Part shown: positions 19,384 to 29,100 of the stretch, one piece after another
Numbering within the stretch: the first letter of the stretch is position 1
Layout: the number at the start of each line of letters is the position of its first letter
Origin: Gammaproteobacteria bacterium
Lineage (GTDB): Bacteria > Pseudomonadota > Gammaproteobacteria > Arenicellales > JAJDZL01
Direction: 5' to 3'
Length of the DNA: 64,000 nt
Assembly (NCBI GenBank): GCA_047517965.1
Contig: JAKZRU010000001.1
Coordinates: 39,714-103,713 of the forward strand
The notes under the pieces: model-generated
What the model saw: the letters and a program-made list of their open reading frames with translations, nothing else
Database searches by the model: none
Told to the model about the DNA's origin: nothing
Translations under genes and position numbers: made by a program

Positions 19384-20163
19384 ATGCTTACATCAGTAGA
19401 AGGCAGATCGGTCATAGTGACGGGGTCCAGTAAAGGAATTGGAAAAGGCATTGCTACAGTATTTGCCAATCAGGGCGCGCGGGTGTTAATTGTTGCACGC
19501 GGGATTTCTGACGCCGAAGCTACGGCAGCGGAAATCAGGGAAGCAGGTGGTACGGCATCCGCTTTCGCGGCGGATGTAACGAAATCTGAGGAATTGGATG
19601 CCATGGCAGCTGCTGCGACTGAGCGCCATGGCGGGATTGATGTGCTGTGTTGCAATGCTGGCATATTTCCTCAGAGTCATTTGGAAAACATGTCTAGCGA
19701 CGAGTGGGACCTGGTGCTTGGAACAAACCTGAAAGGAACATTTCTTGCAATAAAGAGCTGTTTGCCCCATCTCAAGGAGAGCAGTTGTGGGCGAATCATA
19801 TTGACATCTTCGATTACAGGTCCCATAACCGGATATCCAGGCTGGACGCACTATGGTGCAAGCAAATCAGGTCAGCTGGGATTTATGAAAACCGCTTGCA
19901 TGGAATTCGCCAAGTACGGAATTACGATCAATGCTGTTATGCCGGGCAACATCATAACGGAGGGACTAATGGGTCTTGGAGAGGATTACCTTGAGACTAT
20001 GGCAGTATCAATTCCATTGAAGCGTCTGGGATCAGTGACGGATATAGGAAACGCTGCATTGTTTTTTGCATCTGACGAAGCGGGTTACATTACCGGCCAG
20101 ACAATTGTTGTGGACGGTGGACAGACAATTCCAGAGTCAGTTGAAGCACTCGAAGAGGCATAG
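19384..20163 (+). CDS. Short-chain dehydrogenase/reductase (SDR)
   Basis: TGSSKGIGKGIA cofactor motif, NAG, and catalytic YGASK. Divergent from the aminotransferase operon. Confidence 0.9.
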   Translation: MLTSVEGRSVIVTGSSKGIGKGIATVFANQGARVLIVARGISDAEATAAEIREAGGTASAFAADVTKSEELDAMAAAATERHGGIDVLCCNAGIFPQSHLENMSSDEWDLVLGTNLKGTFLAIKSCLPHLKESSCGRIILTSSITGPITGYPGWTHYGASKSGQLGFMKTACMEFAKYGITINAVMPGNIITEGLMGLGEDYLETMAVSIPLKRLGSVTDIGNAALFFASDEAGYITGQTIVVDGGQTIPESVEALEEA

Positions 20164-20303
20164 ACTAGTAACAGTGGGAACAGACAGTCGAAGCTGCTGA
20201 ACGCCATTCCGATCAGAGTCTAGAATTTGTCCCTGATTTCTAACCGAAAAGCAGCCATCAATGTGTAATCGATGCTTGTATCTGCATTTGCAATTCTAAA
20301 AGT

Positions 20304-21320
20304 ATGAAGGGTGTCATCAACCCCGTACGTATTGTCAGTCTGGGTGAAGTTTCCTATTTAGAATCTCAGACGCTCTACCACTCGGTTGCACAGTGCATGA
20401 CAGAAAATTCTCCGGATACGATTATTCTATGTCGCCCTAGGGAGTCGTATTTTTGTATTGGCTATCACCAAAACAGCCATCACGTGCTAGACAATGCTGC
20501 ACTTATACGACTAGGTTATCCAGTCATGCGCAGACAACTCGGTGGCGGAGTAACCTATCTTGACAGCCAACAACTTTTTTACCAGTGCATATTTCACCGG
20601 AGCAGGAGTCCAGCTATTCCTGCACAAGCCTACAAGGTGCGATTGGAGGCACCAATCAAGGCGTTGCAAAAATTGGGTTTGGATGCTGAACTTCTCTATG
20701 TAAATGAGATAGAGATTTCGGGTAAACGAATTGCAGGGATTGGCGGAGGTTTGATTGGCGAAGCCAGCGTTGTTGTGGGCAACATCCTAAACGAATTCAA
20801 CTATCAAGCCATGGCAGAAATCATTAACGCTCCGTGCGATACATTCCGGCAATTTGCATTGGCTGCAATGCGCAGAAGGATCACCACACTGAATCAGGAG
20901 GGTTGCAAAACGAACTGGAGTCGACTGTCGGAACTGCTGGTTGATGAATATGAGCAGTCTTTTGGCCAACCGGTTTACTTGGATAAATTGTCATCACAGG
21001 AGTGTGAGAAGGCCATCAAATTGGCAGACAAGATGATCTCAAAAAACTATCTTGAAGGGTACAGGTGTTCGGACTTCCAGCAACCGAAGCCACTCACTCG
21101 GCTCAAGATTTCCGGGTCCACTTGGATTGAATTAGTCGGGGTAAAGCATAGCAATCGCTTGAAATATTGTGTACTGATGATCAAGGATGATGTCATCGAA
21201 GAAGTTTCAGCTGCCGATGAACTGGATGATCAATATAGTTACACAGATGCCGTTTCAGGATTAAAAACATGCTACTTAACGGATCTCAGAGTAGGGAATA
21301 AATTTTCTCAATTGAGCTGA
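20304..21320 (+). CDS. Biotin/lipoate A/B protein ligase family protein (LplA-like)
   Basis: 338 aa. RRQLGGGVTYLD and ISGKRIAGIGGG blocks resemble the LplA/LipB catalytic-domain motifs. The C-terminal 90 aa is unassigned. Confidence 0.6.
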   Translation: MKGVINPVRIVSLGEVSYLESQTLYHSVAQCMTENSPDTIILCRPRESYFCIGYHQNSHHVLDNAALIRLGYPVMRRQLGGGVTYLDSQQLFYQCIFHRSRSPAIPAQAYKVRLEAPIKALQKLGLDAELLYVNEIEISGKRIAGIGGGLIGEASVVVGNILNEFNYQAMAEIINAPCDTFRQFALAAMRRRITTLNQEGCKTNWSRLSELLVDEYEQSFGQPVYLDKLSSQECEKAIKLADKMISKNYLEGYRCSDFQQPKPLTRLKISGSTWIELVGVKHSNRLKYCVLMIKDDVIEEVSAADELDDQYSYTDAVSGLKTCYLTDLRVGNKFSQLS

Positions 21321-21343
21321 GTAATGGATATAGTTCTGAATTG

Positions 21344-21913
21344 ATGTCCATTCCAAAGAGCAAGGAAAATTCGGTGTCGGAAAGCGACTATATCGTTCGA
21401 GATGTTCTTCAGGCAGGTTTAATTACCGTATTTTGTGGCAGAGCGCCAAGTAAAGAGTCCAAACGGCGGCGTGCGTATTACGCACATCGTTCAAATAAAT
21501 TCTGGGAAATTCTTGCTGAAACAGGGCTAACTGACCGGCAACTTGAACCAGAGGAGTTCGGTAGTCTTCCCATTTATGGCATAGGGTTGACTGACCTAAA
21601 CAAGACAGAATTCGGCAGTGATCACGAACTTACAGGTCAGGGAGATAGTCCAGAATCAGTGCTCGAGAAAATCAAGAAATATCGGCCTCGACTTTTGGCT
21701 TTTACAGGCAAGAACAATAGCAGGTTGTTCTTTCATTCAGTCTTCGGCATTTCGAAAACTGCAGAGATAGAATATGGACTTCAGAAATCGTTGTCAGTGG
21801 ATATCACGGAAATTCACGTATTGCCAAGCACATCCGCCAGAGCCCGAGGCTATTGGAATTCCGATTACTGGCATGAGCTGGCCAATCATCACAGGAAAAT
21901 TAAACTAGAATGA
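21344..21913 (+). CDS. Uracil-DNA glycosylase superfamily protein, MUG/TDG-like
   Basis: VFCGRAPSKES...AHRSNKFWEIL...GIGLTDL...HVLPSTSARA aligns by eye with E. coli Mug (VVFCGINPGLSS...AHPANRFWKVI...VLPNPSGLS). Motif A is GRAPS rather than GINPG. Confidence 0.65.
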   Translation: MSIPKSKENSVSESDYIVRDVLQAGLITVFCGRAPSKESKRRRAYYAHRSNKFWEILAETGLTDRQLEPEEFGSLPIYGIGLTDLNKTEFGSDHELTGQGDSPESVLEKIKKYRPRLLAFTGKNNSRLFFHSVFGISKTAEIEYGLQKSLSVDITEIHVLPSTSARARGYWNSDYWHELANHHRKIKLE

Positions 21914-22020
21914 AATTTATTTGCAGCCTGACATTGGGCAAGTGGAATCACATACTCGCTATTGGGCGAAAAATTCACAGAACCCTGAACAAAAACAGTG
22001 AAGAAACTGTTTGATATTTT

Positions 22021-23097
22021 ATGACTCGAATCACCAGAACATTTTTAATGGGATTGATTATTGCATTGAGCATACCTTTGCATAATGCAATGGCTCAGCA
22101 GAGCGAAACCGTTTCCAGTGCAAGTGAAACTAGCCTTGGCACTTTTTCAGGCGCCAAACCTACAGTATATCCTCCATGGTTTAAGGAGAGTTTTCTTGAG
22201 TTCACAGACGACATTGCCGAAGCTGCAGAGGAGGGCAAACGAGTGTTGCTGCTTTTTCACCAAGACGGCTGTCCCTATTGCAATCTTTTGGTGGAGCGAA
22301 ATCTGAGTCAGAAAAATATTGTTGATTTCATGCAGTCCAATTTCAGCGTAATTGCTCTTAACATGTGGGGTGATCGCCAGGTTGTGACAGTCGGAGGTGA
22401 CGCTTATACGGAAAAGGAATTAGCCTCTGCGCTGAAAGTCCAGTTTACCCCCACTCTAATATTTTTCAATGAGCGCGGCAAGCCAATATTGACACTAAAT
22501 GGTTACCTGCCGCCGAATGAATTCTTGACTGCCATTCGCTATGTTGGCGAACGACACGAGTCTATAGTATCCTATCGCGATTTTGTTCACAGCCAGCCAA
22601 GAGACGACAGTGGCGCCAAGGAATTAATCTTCGAACCTTTTTTCCAATCTCCACCTTTCATTCTTGATCGAACTGCAAGCCAGACCAATCGTCCTCTTGC
22701 AGTATTTTTTGAACAGAAACAGTGTCCAAACTGCGAAATTCTGCATAAAAATGTTCTGATTGATGAGGAATCCAGAAAACTTCTCACCGAGTACGATGTC
22801 GTTCAGTTGGATATGTGGTCAGATACACCACTGATTTCAACCTCAGGAGAAAAGACGACCGCACGGGATTGGGCTTCCAGTTTGGGAGTAAGTTTTGCAC
22901 CTACGATTATTCTGTTTAATCGTAACGGCGAAGAAGTCATACGTTCCGAAGCTTGGTTCAAGATATTTCACACACAGTCGCTATTCGACTATGTTCACAG
23001 CGAGTCTTATCAGACTGAGGCGAGTTTTCAGCGATACATTTCGGTCCGTGCAGATCATCTAATTGAGCAGGGAATCGATGTAGACATCTGGAATTGA
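22021..23097 (+). CDS. Secreted protein with two thioredoxin-like domains
   Basis: Signal peptide (LMGLIIALSIPLHNAMA). Two CxxC motifs in Trx-like context (FHQDGCPYCNLL; FEQKQCPNCEILH). Confidence 0.65.
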   Translation: MTRITRTFLMGLIIALSIPLHNAMAQQSETVSSASETSLGTFSGAKPTVYPPWFKESFLEFTDDIAEAAEEGKRVLLLFHQDGCPYCNLLVERNLSQKNIVDFMQSNFSVIALNMWGDRQVVTVGGDAYTEKELASALKVQFTPTLIFFNERGKPILTLNGYLPPNEFLTAIRYVGERHESIVSYRDFVHSQPRDDSGAKELIFEPFFQSPPFILDRTASQTNRPLAVFFEQKQCPNCEILHKNVLIDEESRKLLTEYDVVQLDMWSDTPLISTSGEKTTARDWASSLGVSFAPTIILFNRNGEEVIRSEAWFKIFHTQSLFDYVHSESYQTEASFQRYISVRADHLIEQGIDVDIWN

Positions 23098-23101
23098 ACA
23101 G

Positions 23102-26100
23102 TCAATTAAGACTGGCAATATCATGAATGGATACGGGCTGCAGCAAAGATGTAGCACTGATCTGGATGTTGCTTTCCATTCTTAGCATATGAGACAGTTC
23201 TACAGCCAGCAGGCTGTCGATTCCAAAATTCACAATTGGTTCGTGTAGGTCAACTGCATCTCGGGGGATTCCCAGCACCCGCGACACGCAAGAAAGTACT
23301 ATCTGTTGGACATCTGTATTATTAGAATCTGTCATTTCCAACCCATTCAGCCCATTTTCGAATAACTTCGATGTACCAATCGTAGAACAGCCGAACATTC
23401 GTGTCCGGGCAGCTTCCTGCGCCCATGTTCCTCCTGCAATGACAATTCTATTGTCGGATGCTGATCCCAGTGATCCATTAAGCAAAGAGAGCATCCTTTG
23501 AGCTGGCAGAGGGAATACTCCAAATTTATCTACTGTCTCGACTGATCTTTGAGTATTGTCCGCGACATATCCGCGGTCTGATACTGCTCCCCAGTTTACT
23601 GAGGTTGCTGGTATTCCTCTATCCCTCAGATAATCTGCGAACGAATCCAAGAAGGCGTTTGCGGCAGAGTAGCTAGCCTGTCCAGGGGGGCCAACGATAG
23701 AAGTTACTGAAGAGTAAAGAACGAAGAAATCCAACTCCATATATCTGGTGACTTGATGTAGATTCCATGCGCCTAGAATTTTTGTGTGCGTAGATTTGAC
23801 ATAATTATCTGAATCCAAATTTGCCAGTACACGGTCGTCGATTTCCATTGCGCAGTGGAAAACTCCACGAATCGGCGGCATATTTCCATCAAGTCTTGCC
23901 AGATTTTCCTGCAACTGATCAAGTCGAGTAATATCAGCTTTCACAACTTCTATTGTCGTTCCAGATTCCTCAAATTTGTATCTGTATTTTTGCAGTGTAT
24001 CAGTGGATTCGGGGGCTCGGGAGATGAGCACAAGATATTTAGCACCGTTTTCGCTGAGCCACAGTGCGGTAGCAAATCCGAACCCGCGACTGCCACCCGC
24101 GATGACATAAGTTGCATTGGGCGATATGCGTGTTTTAGGGCGAATTCGGAAATTCTCCTGCTGCAGTTGAGTCATTGATACCACAACTTTGCCGATATGC
24201 TGAGCGGAGGCCATATGTCTGAAGGCATCTACCGTGTTTTGTGCGGGAAACACTCTATATGGCAATACCGGCAAACGGTTCTGCTCGAAGGTTTTCATTG
24301 TATCTCTGATATAGCTCGCTAGAGAATCCGGATCGTCATTCCACATTCTGTCTATGTCCACAATTTCGATTTTGGCTGCTGGATGGATGTCCAGAATTGA
24401 TTGGTGAAGGTTCTCCCGATTTTCATACTTGCCGAGCTCGATGAACGTGCCATCAGGTTTAAGAATCTCGCGATTCGCCATCGCCAATTCTCGCCCGAGT
24501 GTATTGACAATTACATCGACGCCTTTGCCTTGGGTCCACTCAAGTATGTCCTTTACAAATGATGCAGAACGAGAATCTGAAATCTGTCGGATGCCTGTCA
24601 AATTCAAAAATTTCGCTTTGTCGGAAGTGCCGACAGTTGCAAAGATATCTGCTTTGGCTTTCTGAGCTAAATTCACCAGAGCAAGTCCAACACCACCCGA
24701 TGCAGAATGTATCAGGATTGAATTTCCAGGTTTCAATTTCGCTGCTTGCTCTAGGCAGAAAAGTGCTGTTACATACGCGGTTGGCAATCCTGTTGCCTGC
24801 TCAAATGTCAGATTGTTCGGTATTCGGTAAACGAACTTTACATCGGTCGTTACGAAAGTGGATATTGAATTGCGTGCGAGTGCGATTACCCGGTCGCCGA
24901 CTGAAAAATTGGCTACATCTTTTCCAGTCTCCACAATTTCCCCTGCGCACTCGATTCCGAGTGAATTCTGCATGAAACCACTTGAAACTGCACTGACCGG
25001 TAAAGCGTCCAGCGCAACCATGATGTCTCGAAAATTCAGTGCGGAGGATGCTATTTTTACGACGACTTCTGTGTTCTTAGGTGCTGGGCAGGCAATCCGC
25101 TTGAATTCAAGTTGATTCAAATCACCTGATTGAGAGCAGTTGAGTACGAGCGCATTATTCTCTGGCTGAATCAAGCGGTCAACATGCAAATTACGGGCAA
25201 TTGGAACATACCATCCGGACTCTCTTAGGGACACTTCCAGAATATCTTCGTTACACTCAATAAAATTGTGCAGGCCTTTTGCAGAATTGGAATTACCAGT
25301 GTCGATGTCAATGAGTCTGCAGTGCGTATCCGGATATTCATTTCTTAGGGTTCGTCCAATGCCCCAAATGGATGCGTTGAAGCATGTCGAGATGTTGCGA
25401 ATTTTATTTTCCTGATGAGCGTCTGCGGAAACGAGTGTCATTCGAGGCAGTGCTTTCGCTTCATGATCAAACGCTTGCACTAGGCGCGCGATTACCAAAG
25501 CCATAGGCGTAGCGGCGTAAATCGCATCAAATTCATTAGCTGTTGCGGTTTGCGGGCTAAAGTTCCACAGAAAAATAATTTCATCTGGTAACTGTTCGGA
25601 CTGACCCAAAGCCCTCATAATTTGCAAGTAGTCTTCTACGGAATTTGGACGAATTTTAAATCCCGATTTGTTTCTCGAATATCGCTTGCCGCACGTTACC
25701 CGAAATGCACTATCGGTTTGAAAATGTTTAAGTAATTTTCTGGAAAAAGAACTGTCGTCTGAAAATACAAGCCGCTTTCGATTTGTTCCGATCGCTGCGG
25801 GTGTTTTCCCCCGGTTTGTTACAGCGTTCTGTGCAAGAAATATCGAGTGCAGAGGGTCTTTGTCGTCTGTTCTGTCGCTAATCGTTAGAATCGACTTGCA
25901 TTCAAGTCGATTCAACAACTCCAACCATTGATGACGTGACTTGCAGGGACTATTGTGCAGTCGATTGGTATCAGCGTTATGCCACCAACCATGAAGCATT
26001 CCAAAAACGAGCCGAGCCCAGTCAGGTTCGTCAGTGAGTTCAATGAAATAAAAGAATCCTCCAGGAACCAGCAATTTACGAAGTTTTTTCAGTGCTTGCT

Positions 26101-29100
26101 CGCTGTCGTGTGCCAGGTGTAAGGTGTCACTAGCAAGAATCACATCGTAGTGATGGCTTACGTATCCCTGCGCTAGGGGGTCAGCGTCAAAATCAAGTTC
26201 GCCAAATCGAATGAATTCATATTTCTCGAAGCGAGTCCGTGCACGTCTGATGAAGCTGCTGGAGATGTCAGTAAAGGTATACTCAACAGGGTGTTCTTGC
26301 AGAACCGGAGCAAGGTGAAACAGTAACGCGCCGGTTCCGCCACCAACTTCGAGAATTCGGCACTTTCTGGCAAACGGCCAATCTTGCAGCAGTTTTTCAA
26401 TGGATTCTCGAATCACTTCGTTATAAATTCGACACGTCGGTGAAGTCTGGTACAGATTCTGTAAATCCACTATTGACCCTTCTGGGAACAGCGTATTCAA
26501 ACCGGTCTGCTTTCCGGTCAGTACGGAGTTCAAGCAGCTTCCGCAACGGTCAATCAACAATAATTCAGATACATACTCTGCCGCATCGGGGGATTCAAGA
26601 AATTTGGAAACAGCTCGGTCGGGATTTGATGGGAGGTCGTGCACTACGTCGATTTCCACGCTGCCGACATCATTGAAATTGCCTACTTGTCTGTTGTCGT
26701 ATTTCAGACGAATAATCTGATTCTTTTCTAGCAATGCCAGCAGTGAATGGAACAAAGGAATCTGCTGGCTGTCGATACGTAGATTGAGTTCCAATGTAGG
26801 CAGGGAAATCCGCATGCCTCTGGCTGGAAAGCCAGCGAGATTGAAACACTGTCCGATGTAATTGAGTGTGATCTCGTCCAGCCCATGGGAAATTTTTTTA
26901 TAGTAGTTTTGTCTTCGACAGGATTCGGATAGTCGAAGCATGTAGGTTTGAAGATTTTGATGATACCTGTCGATTTTGCTGTCAAACCAGTCGACACCTT
27001 GAGAATTCGGTTGATATAGTGCCCACTCTGGTCGAAATGCATGAATCGGTACGGAACAATCTGGTGACAAGGGATTTCTGACGTCGAATTGACGAAGCGC
27101 AAAGCGTGAGATTCTGGCAATGACATGCCCGTTTTCATTGGAAATTTCCAGATCGAGTTCCAATGAATCTTTCATCACCGACTTTACTTGAATGTAACAC
27201 CAAACTGCCCGTGAATGATCCGTCCAGTATTCGAGACGTTCAATCTCTTGAGGCAGATAAACGCGATTTCCCCCAGTTATTGTTGAGGCGGTTCGAAAGC
27301 ATAAATCCAACAGTGAAGGATCCAACTGATATTTCAATCGCAGTTCACTTGGCTGTTCCAGAAACTCAATTCGAGCCAGAACTTCTTTCTTGTCAATAAC
27401 TTTCAAATTCCTGATCTTCCATGTAGACCAGTCGCCTTCAAGACCCAATTCATTCAATTCCTCCCGCAGCCGAATTGGTTCAACAGATTTCACAAAGCGC
27501 TCCTTCAAGTCACTGAGGTTCGACCTAGGTTGTGGACTATTGCCAGACTGAAGCGCTCCATGGCAGTAGATGGTGGATTTCGGCTGAGCTGAACTTGAGT
27601 GCTGCAAAATTTGAAAATCAAACGAGTTTTCGTTAGTGTTGTCGGTTATGTTCAATTTCAAAAGAGTCTGAGCAGTTTCTCCTTCGTCTTGCAGCTGAAG
27701 AATTTGATCAAATTGAATTGAAGTCAATTCAATCGATGGCTGATCCAGCCATGAACTGGCGGCCTCCAGAGCCGCTTCTACATATCCTGCCGCGGGGAAA
27801 ACCAGTTCTCCTCGAATTCGATGATTTTTCAGCCAGACCAACTCGTTGACATTCAATGCCAAGTCCCATGAACCTTGGCCTATGCTGTCCGAATCTTGTA
27901 AAAGAGGGAAGTGTTTGAGCTGCCGGCCTCGCCGTCCTTCCAGTACCATCGCAGTGCGCTTCCAATGCTTCTGACGGTTGAACTCAGCGACCGGAAAATC
28001 ACATATCTGTGCTTTTGAGTTGATTTTTTCCCAATCTAGTTTGACGCCGAGGCTGAACAATTTCCCGGCCGTGGAAATCATGTTTGCTCTGTCTTGGCCA
28101 TTTCGTTGAAGTGAATAAAGAGAGGGCGCTATCACTCCCTCGCTTCGAAGGCATTCCTGTATGTCGTACGAAAGATTTGGGTGAGGACCTATCTCGACAA
28201 AGCAGTGAATTCCCGCATGTATACAGGCCTGCACGCACTCGGAAAATCGTACCGGCTCTCGAAAATTCTCCCACCAGTAATTGGGCTTCATCACATCGTT
28301 GACGATTTCCGTCCCATGAACTGAAGAAAACCAACGAATTTGATTGTGCCTTGACCTGACAATACGAATTTTCGACGTGATTTCAGTTTGACACTCGTCT
28401 ATGAGTGGGCTGTGAAAGGGAACGGAGAGTTCCAGTAGGCGGCAGAATTTGCCTTGATTCTCTAGCTGTTTGCAAATTAGCCGGATCGACTGTTCGGTTC
28501 CAGAAAATGTGACCGAAGTCTTACTGTTGATTGCTGCAACAAAGAGTTCGCTAGGCATTGATTCTGCGATGTGATTTGCTTCAGCCGGTGAAAGCGCAGC
28601 CGCCAGCATCAAGCCGCGTCCTGAGCACTTCTGAAGCGTTCGTGCTCGTTCGCATACAATTCTGCTTGCATCGACAATGTCTAAATGACCTGCCGCGCAC
28701 GCCGCTGCAACCTCTCCGACACTATGCCCGACTACGGCATCTGGCTTCACGCCCCAGGAATTCCATAGTTCATGTGTTGCGATTTGTACTGCGAAATACA
28801 GCGCATGAATCCTTTCCAGACCGCCTTGTGAATTTGGATCTTCATGCAAGAAGTAGGAACGAATGTTCGGTAGGCTGAACTCCTTCTGAAATATGGCATC
28901 ACAGAGGTCAATCGTTGCTGCAAACACGGGTTCCGTGGCATAAAATTCTAACCCCGCAGATTGCCAATCAGCTCCCATCCCATTGAAAACAAAAGCGATT
29001 TTCGCTACTGAATCGATTGCTTTTATATTGGTTGCACTGTCGGTTTCCAGCGCTGACAATGATGGTGTTGGTTTGCCGTCAATTTCTGCTGCGATTGGAA

